Shown: piece by piece, positions 7,826 through 15,980 of the stretch | How the letters are laid out: every line of letters begins with the position of its first letter | Numbering within the stretch: the stretch's first letter is position 1 | Source of the DNA: an uncultured bacterium | GTDB lineage: Bacteria; Margulisbacteria; WOR-1; CAVSGV01 | Length of the DNA: 32,000 bases | Assembly (NCBI GenBank): GCA_963699255.1 | Contig: OY969425.1 | Location: forward strand, 690,001 to 722,000 | Reading direction: 5' to 3' | Notes under the pieces: model-generated | The model's input: only the letters and a program-made list of their open reading frames with translations | Told to the model about the DNA's origin: nothing | Database searches by the model: none | Program-made: the position numbers and the translations under genes

Positions 7826-8803
7826 TCAGTTCGCCACCTCCAATCCCATATCTTTGATCATCTGCAGGTCAACCTCCGGGGAATTCCCGGACGTCGTTAG
7901 ATAATTCCCAAGTAAAGTCATATTGGCTCCAGCTAAATACATCAAGGGCTGGAGTCCGCCGAGCGAAAGCTCACGTCCCCCAAAAATACCGATGTCCTTG
8001 CCGGGCATCACGAACCTGAATGTGGCGACCAGTCTCAAAACTTCGAGGGGCGGCATCACCTTTAACTTTTCAGCTCTTGTGCCCCTGACAGGGTTTAAGA
8101 TATTGATAGGTACGGATTCCGGGTCCAGATCTTTCAGCTGGAAGGCCAGCTCGACCCTCTGCTCTAGCGACTCGCCGAGGCCGAAAATGCCGCCACAGCA
8201 GATGCGCAACCCCGTGCTTTTCGCCGCTCTGACGGTGGCGACGCGTTCCTCGAATTTGTGCGTGGTGCAGACCTTGCCGAAGAAGCTCTTCGCGGCTTCA
8301 AGGTTGTGATGGAACTTCCTGAGTCCCGCGGCCTTCAACCTTTTGAGCTGCTCTCCTGTAAGTATCCCGATGGATGCACAGTGGTCCATATTAAGCTTCT
8401 TGTCGATCTTTGAGACCGCCCGGCATATCTCATCTATCTCCTTTTCGGACTTGATGCCCCTACCCGCCGTGACTATGCCGAAACACGTTGCACCGTTCTT
8501 TTTGCTTGCCTGCGCGCTCTTGTACATCTCGCCGGATGATATCAGCGGATAAACATCGATGGCGGTTTTGTGATGTGCTGATTGCGAGCAGAACATGCAG
8601 TTCTCGGAACATTTGCCTGATTTGGCGTTTACGATCGAGCACAGTTTGACCTTGTTCCCCTTGAAGTGCCGACGGATCTCATTCGCGGCAAAAATAAGCT
8701 GAAAAGTCTCGCTTTCCGGACGCTTGATAAGATAGAGGGCTTCCTCGAAGGATATCGGGGAGCCTTTTATCGCTTTTTCCTGCAGACGGGCAATTTTTGA
8801 CAT
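7826..8803 (-). CDS. bioB: Biotin synthase (radical SAM)
   Basis: CSENCMFCSQS CxxxCxxC motif, family length, operon context. Confidence 0.92.
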   Translation of the reverse strand: MSKIARLQEKAIKGSPISFEEALYLIKRPESETFQLIFAANEIRRHFKGNKVKLCSIVNAKSGKCSENCMFCSQSAHHKTAIDVYPLISSGEMYKSAQASKKNGATCFGIVTAGRGIKSEKEIDEICRAVSKIDKKLNMDHCASIGILTGEQLKRLKAAGLRKFHHNLEAAKSFFGKVCTTHKFEERVATVRAAKSTGLRICCGGIFGLGESLEQRVELAFQLKDLDPESVPINILNPVRGTRAEKLKVMPPLEVLRLVATFRFVMPGKDIGIFGGRELSLGGLQPLMYLAGANMTLLGNYLTTSGNSPEVDLQMIKDMGLEVAN

Positions 8804-8825
8804 AACCAGAGGATTATATCATAAT
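8797..8825 (+). promoter_or_regulatory. Sigma70-like promoter of bioH-bioC
   Basis: TTGACA (8797-8802), 17-nt spacer, CATAAT (8820-8825). Only 8 nt separate it from ATG 8834, and there is no SD. Confidence 0.55.
8813..8821 (-). promoter_or_regulatory. Extended -10 element TGATATAAT of bioB
   Basis: Minus strand reads tgatataat, then 9 nt, then ATG 8803. It overlaps the bioH promoter spacer. Confidence 0.45.
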
Positions 8826-8833
8826 AGAAAGAT

Positions 8834-9649
8834 ATGAAAAAACACCTGGTGATGCTCCACGGCTTCGGCTGTGACTCAAGGGTATTCTCATCGATCGGAA
8901 CGAAACTGTCAAAAGACCATGACGTCCTTATGGTGGACCTGCCCGGCCACGGCCAGACCAAGGAAAAGTTCGGCGATTTTTCTTTCTCCGCTTACACGAT
9001 ACTTCACGCGCTCGACCAATATCTGGGCGAGCCTTACTCTCTTCTCGGCTGGTCGATGGGAGGACAGATCGCGCTAGAAATGTACAAGCAAACAAAGAAG
9101 AGATGGGAGATGAGAGATGCGAGATGCGAAAAGCAAGAGTCTAAATGCAAATGCGGGCACGATCACGAACATGAACATGCGCACAGCGATATCACATCGC
9201 TCATCCTCGTTTCATCCACGCCAAAGTTCGTGGCTTCAGACGATTTCCCATTCGGAATGAACAAGGCCGTTTTCAGCAAGTTCAGAAAGGGTCTAAAAGA
9301 TCACCCTGAAAAGACAATGAACGATTTTTACAACCTTGTATTCTCTGACAACGAGGATGCGTCCTTGTTTCTATCCAGCATCCAAACCCAAACCCCATCC
9401 CAACAGACCCTTCTAGAATGCTTGAAAAGTTTCGAGCGCTTCGACGGAAGGAACATTCTTCCCGCGGTGAACGTCCCCACCCTGATAATGGCCGGCGACG
9501 GCGATGAGGTGATCGACCCGAAGGCGTCGCTTTATCTGTCGCAGGAAATAAAGAGCAGCTCATTGAAGATGTTCAGGGGCGCCGGACACGCGCCGCATCT
9601 TACAAGAGAAAAGGAAATGATCGATGAGATCTCAAAGTTCCTTGGATAA
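8834..9649 (+). CDS. Alpha/beta hydrolase, BioH-like pimeloyl-ACP methyl ester esterase, with a ~30-aa low-complexity insertion
   Basis: LHGFG oxyanion region and GWSMGG nucleophile elbow. C-terminal GAGHAPH. Sits between bioB and bioC. Insertion is KKRWEMRDARCEKQESKCKCGHDHEHEHAHSD. Confidence 0.65.
   Translation: MKKHLVMLHGFGCDSRVFSSIGTKLSKDHDVLMVDLPGHGQTKEKFGDFSFSAYTILHALDQYLGEPYSLLGWSMGGQIALEMYKQTKKRWEMRDARCEKQESKCKCGHDHEHEHAHSDITSLILVSSTPKFVASDDFPFGMNKAVFSKFRKGLKDHPEKTMNDFYNLVFSDNEDASLFLSSIQTQTPSQQTLLECLKSFERFDGRNILPAVNVPTLIMAGDGDEVIDPKASLYLSQEIKSSSLKMFRGAGHAPHLTREKEMIDEISKFLG
9100..9127. repeat. GAGATGN heptamer block x4, in-frame inside the bioH-like gene
   Basis: gagatgg gagatga gagatgc gagatgc, followed by decayed units gaaaagc aagagtc taaatgc aaatgcg. 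Confidence 0.9.
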
Positions 9650-10428
9650 GAACAAGATAGCCCGGTCCTTTTCAAGATCGGCCGAGACTTACGACCTGTT
9701 TTCCCGGCTGCAAAAAGACCTTGCGAACGATCTGGTAAAGTCCGTAGCATCCATCAATATCTCCCCGAAGAACATACTTGATATCGGCACGGGAACAGGT
9801 AATGTTGCATTCCTGCTGCATGAAAGATACAGGGACGCCATTATCACCGGCTGCGACATAGCTCCTGGAATGATAAAGAAAGCCGCCAACAACAACCCTT
9901 ATGAGAACGTGGCTTTCGAGGTGGCTGACGCCGAGAACCTGCCTTTTACGGATAAGAAGTTCGATCTTGTAGTATCCAGCACGACATTTCAATGGGTCGA
10001 GGACCTTTCCAGGGCGTTCTCGGAGGCGAAAAGAGTTCTCATCCCCGGCGGGTACTTCGCATTCGTTACTTTCGGGCCAAAAACCCTGTCGGAACTTAAA
10101 CGGAATTACAAGATCGCCTTCGGTGAAGATGCGGATCATCTGCACAAGTTCAATAACATGCGCGAGATACAGGCGATGCTGAAAACGGCCGGTTTTGAGG
10201 CTTTAAAATTGAACTCCGACACGCTGAGGGAATTCTACCCTGATTTCAGGACGTTCTTCAGGTCGCTGAAGGGGCTCGGAGCGCTGAACGCCTCGCCGGA
10301 CCTGCCGAAAGGTCTAAGGTCACCGGACAAAGATGAACGCGCTGATCAAGTATTACGAGACCAACAGCAGGATAGGGAACCGGGTTTATGCGACGTTCGA
10401 GGTCATCAGAGTGCTCTGCAGGGCGTGA
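9624..10428 (+). CDS. bioC: Malonyl-ACP O-methyltransferase; C-terminus requires a 1-nt frame change at ~10318-10332
   Basis: SAM motif LDIGTGTGNVAF. The raw ORF (to 10439) ends in an implausible tail, RSPDKDERADQVLRDQQQ... The +1 frame reads HRTKMNALIKYYETNSRIGNRVYATFEVIRVLCRA*, a typical BioC end, stopping at 10426-10428. Confidence 0.8.
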
Positions 10429-10841
10429 TCAGAACTTGACCTCTATCGCCCTGGGCGGGCACGGAAGAACGCACAGTTCGCACGCGATGCATTTTTCCGG
10501 ATCGAACTCCACCTCATCGTTTTCCTGTCGTTTATATAAAGCGCTCCCACAGGGCACTGAGCGACGCACGCCCCGCACTGAGTGCATTTGTCCCAGTTGA
10601 CCACGATGTCTTTTTCCAGCGGCTGGACATTCACCCCTTGTTTCTTCAGGTAATCGAGGCCTTTTTTGATCTCGGCTTCCTCTCCCGTCAGCTCCAGCAC
10701 CATCAGCCCCTCGTCATCCGGCATTATGTTCGCCCGCAGTATATTGAAAGAGAGCCCGTAATCCTTGATGAGCCTGTAAACTATCGGCTGGTCTATCTTT
10801 TCTTTTGGGAACTTGAGCACTATCCTTTTTGATGTTGTCAT
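10429..10841 (-). CDS. NIL-domain / 2x[4Fe-4S] ferredoxin protein (MA1822-like); C-terminus requires a frame change at the T4/A4 run 10520-10523
   Basis: N-terminal NIL-like region, then CTQCGACVAQCP. The raw ORF tail (MRWSSIRKNASRANCAFF...) lacks the second cluster. The -1 frame gives EVEFDPEKCIACELCVLPCPPRAIEVKF* (stop 10429-10431). Start taken at ATG 10841, 9 nt after AAGGAG. Confidence 0.75.
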
Positions 10842-10854
10842 AATTATCATCTCC

Positions 10855-10898
10855 TTAATTGGTCATTGAGTCATTGTTAATTGTGTCATTGTTTAACA
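10855..10898. repeat. TTAATTG/GTCATTG 7-8-nt tandem block in the COG1900 / NIL-ferredoxin intercistronic region
   Basis: ttaattg gtcattg agtcattg ttaattg tgtcattg tttaaca. The minus strand reads CAATGAC/CAATTAA units containing TGA and TAA. Confidence 0.8.
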
Positions 10899-12094
10899 GG
10901 CCGCTCGTTCAGCGGTTTGAACTTTACTCCATCCTCGACGCCTGGGAGTTTTGCGACAGGCTCCGTTAAAGTAAAATCGCCCTTCTTGATCCAGCTTTTC
11001 AATGTCTCGGCTATCTTAAGTGCCTTCGAATAGCTTGAAATCCCGGAAGTAGGCACTTTCTTTCCTTTTATTTCGATCTCCCCCGACTTAAGCTGCTCGT
11101 AATTAACTTCGCCCACGACTTCCGGCTTGCCGTTCGGATACGCGTCGCTGTAATCAACTATCGCCGCATAAATATCTTTGTCCTTTATCGCCGCATATTT
11201 CAATGTCTCCTCGCTCAATATCGGGATGGGTATGCCGATTCCAACGTTCAGCGTTGTCCCGTATCCGACGAATGAAACTCCCTTAAGCCATTCGGGAGTC
11301 ATCTGCTTCAGATCGCCGATAACGGCGAGAGTTCCGGCGGGCCTTTTCGGCACTCCGTTCTCAAGCCTCGGGGCGCCCGGATTGTGCTGCGTACCCTGCC
11401 ACGCGACATATCCGACCCCTCCGCCGAGGAATATCTTTGTGCCGATCCCGACCGTTTTGTAAAAAGGATCGTTCAGCAGAGGCGAAAGCTGTCCCGCGCT
11501 GCAGTAGTTCGCGTTACCGATGTTCGGTTTAAGGATGCCGAGATAAGTGTATATCGTTTTATCCGAAAGATTTACCGCGACATTATAGTTCTGGTAAGCG
11601 TTGCGGAAGTTGAACAGGACCGCTTCATTGACATCCTTCAGGTTCAGCAGTGTCTTAAGCTCTCTCTTCGGATAGCAGTCGGTGCCGTAAGCCGAAGCTT
11701 CAAGCACCACATCCTTGCCCGCGACAAGCTCTTCGATGACGTGTCCTCCTCCGTACTTGAACTCGCCGGGATGGACGCTGTTCCTGGGGTCGTCATCCGG
11801 CATTGCCGTAGCGCCGAGATAGAAATCGACCGCCGCAAAACCGGTATAGACCGGCACTCCATTCAGCGTCGCCCTGCCTCCGCCCAGCTTTATTTTCGGG
11901 CGGGTGTGTCCGACGTTCATATAAGCACCGGACGAACACATCGGGCCGAACGTCGCCGTCGTTACGACGTCCACTTCCTTCGCGGCCTTCTCGATCCCTT
12001 TTTTCTCGATAAGATCAAGCAGTTCCTCCTTTGTAACGATCACCGCCTGGCCTTTTTTTATCTTCTCATTTATTTCCTGCAACGTTTTTGCCAT
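10886..12094 (-). CDS. COG1900/DUF39 homocysteine biosynthesis protein (MA1821-like)
   Basis: My recollection of the family, ~400 aa length, and pairing with a NIL-ferredoxin gene downstream and cysK upstream. Start chosen at ATG 12094, 9 nt after AAGGAG. Confidence 0.7.
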   Translation of the reverse strand: MAKTLQEINEKIKKGQAVIVTKEELLDLIEKKGIEKAAKEVDVVTTATFGPMCSSGAYMNVGHTRPKIKLGGGRATLNGVPVYTGFAAVDFYLGATAMPDDDPRNSVHPGEFKYGGGHVIEELVAGKDVVLEASAYGTDCYPKRELKTLLNLKDVNEAVLFNFRNAYQNYNVAVNLSDKTIYTYLGILKPNIGNANYCSAGQLSPLLNDPFYKTVGIGTKIFLGGGVGYVAWQGTQHNPGAPRLENGVPKRPAGTLAVIGDLKQMTPEWLKGVSFVGYGTTLNVGIGIPIPILSEETLKYAAIKDKDIYAAIVDYSDAYPNGKPEVVGEVNYEQLKSGEIEIKGKKVPTSGISSYSKALKIAETLKSWIKKGDFTLTEPVAKLPGVEDGVKFKPLNERPVKQ

Positions 12095-12114
12095 TTTTAC
12101 CAACTCCTTTTCTA

Positions 12115-13038
12115 TTAACTGAACAACTCGGTTGAGAGATATCGCTCCCCGGTATCCGGAAGCACAACAACTATCATCTTGCCCTTGTTCTCATTTCTTT
12201 TCGCGACCTGGAGCGCGGCCCAGACCGCCGCTCCACTGGAGATACCCGCCAGAATCCCTTCCTTCTTTGCAAGCTCCCTGGCCGTTGCAAAGGCGTCATC
12301 CGCGGAAACAGTGACTATTTCATCGATTATCTTTCGGTTCAAAACCTCCGGAACAAAGCCGGCGCCTATTCCCTGTATCCTGTTCGGTCCGGGCTTGCCC
12401 CCGGAAAGCACCGGCGATTCCTTGGGCTCGACTGCGATGATCTTTATGTTCTTTTTCTTCTTTTTAAGCACTTCCCCTACCCCTGTGATCGTTCCGCCCG
12501 TCCCGACCCCGGCGATGAAGATATCCACTTTTCCTCCCGTATCCTTCCATATCTCAAGCGCCGTTGTTTTCCTGTGTATTTCGGGATTTGCCGGATTCTT
12601 GAACTGCTGCAGCAGCAGATATTTTCTGTCAGACTCAACGACTTCTTCTGCCTTTTCGATCGCTCCCCTCATGCCCTTTGACCCCTCGGTCAGGATCAAT
12701 TCAGCCCCGAACGCTTTGAACAGATTTCTTCTTTCGATGCTCATCGTCTCAGGCATCGTGAGTACCAAGCTGTATCCCCTCGCCGCCGCGACGAACGCGA
12801 GAGCAATCCCCGTGTTTCCGGAGGTCGGCTCGATCAATATAGTGTCCTTTTTGATCTTGCCGGCCTTTTCCGCCGCGTCTATCATAGCCACGCCGATCCT
12901 GTCCTTCACCGAACTTGCGGGATTAAATGATTCGAGCTTCGCGATAACGGCAGCGGGAAGCCCCTCTGCCATCCTGTTCAACCTTACAAGCGGAGTGTTC
13001 CCCACCAACTGCGTAATGTCTTTTGCTATTTTTCCCAT
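12115..13038 (-). CDS. cysK: Cysteine synthase A (O-acetylserine sulfhydrylase)
   Basis: [13 protein letters not shown]-lysine motif [15 protein letters not shown]. Start taken at MGKIAKD rather than the longest ORF. Confidence 0.9.
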   Translation of the reverse strand: MGKIAKDITQLVGNTPLVRLNRMAEGLPAAVIAKLESFNPASSVKDRIGVAMIDAAEKAGKIKKDTILIEPTSGNTGIALAFVAAARGYSLVLTMPETMSIERRNLFKAFGAELILTEGSKGMRGAIEKAEEVVESDRKYLLLQQFKNPANPEIHRKTTALEIWKDTGGKVDIFIAGVGTGGTITGVGEVLKKKKKNIKIIAVEPKESPVLSGGKPGPNRIQGIGAGFVPEVLNRKIIDEIVTVSADDAFATARELAKKEGILAGISSGAAVWAALQVAKRNENKGKMIVVVLPDTGERYLSTELFS

Positions 13039-13065
13039 ATATCCATCCCTCCTCCAGGCCGCCAC

Positions 13066-13503
13066 CTAAATATAATACTCCGAGAACTTGTTTTCATTTT
13101 TCTTTTGCCTGTCCCTTAAGTCGGCAAAAGTCAGAGAATCAATTTTTGCGGCTATGTATTTCCCTATATCGCAGAAAACATCCCTTAAGACGCATCTGGA
13201 CGAATAGCTGCATGTCTCCTTGTGGTTGACGCACGCTATCGGCTCGACCGGACCCTCAATATATCTTATCACCTGTCCCATCGTGATATCTTTCGGGCCC
13301 CTTGATAAGACATAGCCGCCTTTTTGGCCCCGAAAGCTCTTAACGAACCCGCCTTTTTTCAGTTGGAGCAGGATCTGCTCCAGGAACTTCACCGGGATAT
13401 CCTGCCTCCTGGCAATCTCATCCGAAGATTGAAGCTTGCCCTGGTTGATGCTCAGGTCGAGTATTACTTTCAGCGCGTAATCACCTTTAAATGTTATCTT
13501 CAT
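13066..13503 (-). CDS. Rrf2-family transcriptional regulator (IscR/CymR-like)
   Basis: N-terminal wHTH typical of Rrf2 (YALKVILDL...). Cys triad C-x6-C-x5-C (CVNHKETCSYSSRC). First gene of the sulfur amino-acid operon. Confidence 0.85.
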   Translation of the reverse strand: MKITFKGDYALKVILDLSINQGKLQSSDEIARRQDIPVKFLEQILLQLKKGGFVKSFRGQKGGYVLSRGPKDITMGQVIRYIEGPVEPIACVNHKETCSYSSRCVLRDVFCDIGKYIAAKIDSLTFADLRDRQKKNENKFSEYYI

Positions 13504-13529
13504 AATTAATCCCTACTAACTTGATGGGA

Positions 13530-13557
13530 ATTATATACTATTATCGGAGGTTGTCAA
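13530..13557 (-). promoter_or_regulatory. Consensus sigma70-like promoter of the rrf2-cysK-COG1900-NIL operon
   Basis: Minus strand reads TTGACA (13557-13552), 16-nt spacer, TATAAT (13535-13530). A 26-nt leader with an AGGGA SD precedes ATG 13503. Confidence 0.6.
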
Positions 13558-13573
13558 GCGAAATTTCAGTTCT

Positions 13574-14449
13574 TTACTGGATCGCCATCCCGAGGAATTG
13601 TCTCACGAGCAGCCCGATCACAAAGCTTAATGCAGCGACGCCCATACTGATGGACGCCATCTCAAGGAACCTGGTCATGAATGATATCTCTTTTACGACC
13701 GAATAATAGAAGGCGAACAAAAATATCATTATTATCGCGCCAAGCAATGTCAGCCCCAGGCAAGTCAGATAATTCGACACCAGGAGATACGGAAGAATAA
13801 GCACAATAACCACGCAAACATATGTCAGCGTGGTATAGAAAGATGCCTTGAACGGGTCCCTCGCCTCTCCCTCTGTCTTTGTCGACAGATATTCGGAGGC
13901 CCCCATGGATAGAGAGGCCGCGATCCCCGTGATCAAACCCGCGACGCCTACTAACTTCGCGTTCTGTAAAGCAAATGTAAGCCCCGCCAGAGTACCGGTC
14001 AGCTCTACAAGCGCGTCGTTAAGGCCGAGTACGATGGAGCCGATGTATTTCAACTTTTCTTCATCGATCATTGCGACAAGCTCATGTTCGTGTCTGGTCT
14101 CATCGTCGCGGATATTAAGGGCTTCGGGTATCACATTTGAAATCTTTTCATACGCCTTCTGGGCGCCCTTTTCTCCGTTTTCCATAAGCTTTATCCCGAA
14201 CGTGATCCCGAAGATGCATGAAACGATCAAGTAGAACCAGTATTTGATCCGGTCCATCTTAACATCGATCCCGGAGTGTCCTTTCCATATATTATAATGA
14301 CGAAGCTCATCATCGGAGATCCTGCGCAGGACATCATCGTTCCGTTTATCCTTGCTTAGCTGTGCAAGCTTTCTGTAAAAAAGATGCTCTGTGATCTCGT
14401 TTTTCTGGAAACCAAGAACGATCCCTCTGGTCCTTGCATCAAGCGCCAT
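13574..14449 (-). CDS. VIT1/CCC1-family Fe/Mn transporter with N-terminal ferritin-like domain
   Basis: Ferritin-like ExxH pairs (DELRHY, DETRHEHEL) followed by five hydrophobic helices typical of VIT1. Confidence 0.75.
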   Translation of the reverse strand: MALDARTRGIVLGFQKNEITEHLFYRKLAQLSKDKRNDDVLRRISDDELRHYNIWKGHSGIDVKMDRIKYWFYLIVSCIFGITFGIKLMENGEKGAQKAYEKISNVIPEALNIRDDETRHEHELVAMIDEEKLKYIGSIVLGLNDALVELTGTLAGLTFALQNAKLVGVAGLITGIAASLSMGASEYLSTKTEGEARDPFKASFYTTLTYVCVVIVLILPYLLVSNYLTCLGLTLLGAIIMIFLFAFYYSVVKEISFMTRFLEMASISMGVAALSFVIGLLVRQFLGMAIQ

Positions 14450-15082
14450 CTACAGCTCCCCTTTTTTGATGGCGAACTCGATCGTGTCGACAAGCCTGTG
14501 GGTCTTCATGTCAACAGTGTTTATAAGGACTTCGGACAGATATTGCCTTGATGGGCCGCTGCCCGACAGCTTTATAAGCGGCCTGTCTTTTGCCCCGACG
14601 TGTATGCCTTTTGAGCTTACAAAGATGGGTATTTTCATCTCAAACGCGTACTTCCTGCCGTAGCTGGAAATGGACCAGTACCTGTCCGTCTTGCTCCCGT
14701 ATATTTTTGACAGAGCTAGCGGATAAGAGATCTTTATCTGACCGGGCTTTGAGGGGTCCGTAGCTATCCTTACCCTGTTCAGCAGGCTCTGCGCGGACCT
14801 GAAGGACACCCTGACGCTTGTCTTCTTCGCTCCCCAGCCTCTGTCAGCCTTTAAACCCGTGACGCTCCGTCCGTCTATATATATGTAAAGGTATTTCCTG
14901 CCCAGGCATAACTTGACGCTCTGCATGTCAAATCCCGACCTGTCTTTTTCAAGGAAGCGCGGAGGGCACCTGTAGAAGGTTTTGATCTTCGCCCAATCCC
15001 AGAATTTGCCGTCGATTTTTATGCACCACGCGGAAACGGCAAGCAAAACAAAGGTTATGATAAAGATCAGCGGCTTTTTCAT
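14450..15082 (-). CDS. Secreted hypothetical protein
   Basis: Signal peptide MKKPLIFIITFVLLAVSAW. IDGKFWDW resembles the start of CBM9/DOMON-like beta-sandwiches. No confident family. Its stop abuts the VIT1 start. Confidence 0.5.
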   Translation of the reverse strand: MKKPLIFIITFVLLAVSAWCIKIDGKFWDWAKIKTFYRCPPRFLEKDRSGFDMQSVKLCLGRKYLYIYIDGRSVTGLKADRGWGAKKTSVRVSFRSAQSLLNRVRIATDPSKPGQIKISYPLALSKIYGSKTDRYWSISSYGRKYAFEMKIPIFVSSKGIHVGAKDRPLIKLSGSGPSRQYLSEVLINTVDMKTHRLVDTIEFAIKKGEL

Positions 15083-15092
15083 TTGTGTTCAT

Positions 15093-15101
15093 TTTATACC
15101 A
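15093..15101 (-). promoter_or_regulatory. Extended -10 element TGGTATAAA upstream of the secreted-protein/VIT1 operon
   Basis: Minus strand reads tggtataaa, then 10 nt, then ATG 15082. Confidence 0.4.
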
Positions 15102-15108
15102 TTCAAAG

Positions 15109-15137
15109 TTGAGCGTCCACGCCAATTGCAGTATAAT
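15109..15137 (+). promoter_or_regulatory. Sigma70-like promoter of lysophospholipase-glpK
   Basis: TTGAGC (15109-15114), 17-nt spacer, TATAAT (15132-15137), then 8 nt to ATG 15146. No SD. Confidence 0.55.
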
Positions 15138-15145
15138 CACCCCGG

Positions 15146-15973
15146 ATGCTTAAATCCCAAGATGGCGTTATTTTTTACCGGGAATGGAACTGCCCTTCTC
15201 CCAAGACGGTCGTCATACTTGTCCACGGGCTTGGCGGGTACTCGGGAAGATTCTTCGAGTTCGGCCCTTACCTGGCAAAGCACGGCATGCAGGTCTATGC
15301 AATAGAGCTTAAAGGCTTCGGCGAATCCCCTTCCGTAAAAGGCCACATCGATAACTTCCAGACCTATACGAACGAACTGAAGTCCCTCGTTGTAACGGCG
15401 AAAAAACTGCATGCGGAAAAAAAGATATTCATGTTCGGCGAATCGATGGGCGGGCTCATCACGCTTGATTTCTTGATCCATCACCAGAACATGATCGACG
15501 GGGCGATCCTGATGTCCCCCGCCGTAAAAGACAAGCTGCCGATGCCCTTTGCGAAAAAACTGGAGATCTTCAGATCCGCGATGTTCGATCCGATGGCGTT
15601 CTTCCCTGCCGGCTTCTCGGCGGAGTTGTTCACGCGCGACAAAGTGATGGCAAAAAGGATAAACAACGACCCTCTCGAGGTGAGGCAGTTCACGGCAAAG
15701 TTCTTTTTCTCGATATTGAAAGCGATGATATTCGTGAGCATGAAGCCCCGCGCGATCAATCTTCCCGTCCTCATGCTGCTTGCGGGGCATGACTCGATGA
15801 TCTCTGCTGAAACCGCGGAGAGGTATTTCAAGAAAATGCCATCGAAGGACAAAGAACTGAAATGGTATCCGGAAATGTTCCACGCGCTTTATGTTGATAA
15901 GGATAGAGAGCCTGTTTTCAAGGATATTGTTGATTGGATAAATAAAAGAGCAGAGATGGGAGATGTGAGATGA
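15146..15973 (+). CDS. Alpha/beta hydrolase, lysophospholipase/monoacylglycerol lipase-like
   Basis: [16 protein letters not shown] nucleophile elbow, C-terminal FHAL. Overlaps the glpK start (ATGA). Confidence 0.8.
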   Translation: MLKSQDGVIFYREWNCPSPKTVVILVHGLGGYSGRFFEFGPYLAKHGMQVYAIELKGFGESPSVKGHIDNFQTYTNELKSLVVTAKKLHAEKKIFMFGESMGGLITLDFLIHHQNMIDGAILMSPAVKDKLPMPFAKKLEIFRSAMFDPMAFFPAGFSAELFTRDKVMAKRINNDPLEVRQFTAKFFFSILKAMIFVSMKPRAINLPVLMLLAGHDSMISAETAERYFKKMPSKDKELKWYPEMFHALYVDKDREPVFKDIVDWINKRAEMGDVR

Positions 15974-15980
15974 GAGGTGT
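15953..15980. repeat. GAGATGN heptamer block x4 spanning the lipase stop and the glpK start
   Basis: gagatgg gagatgt gagatga gaggtgt. Contains the lipase TGA (15971-15973) and the glpK ATG (15970-15972). Confidence 0.9.
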
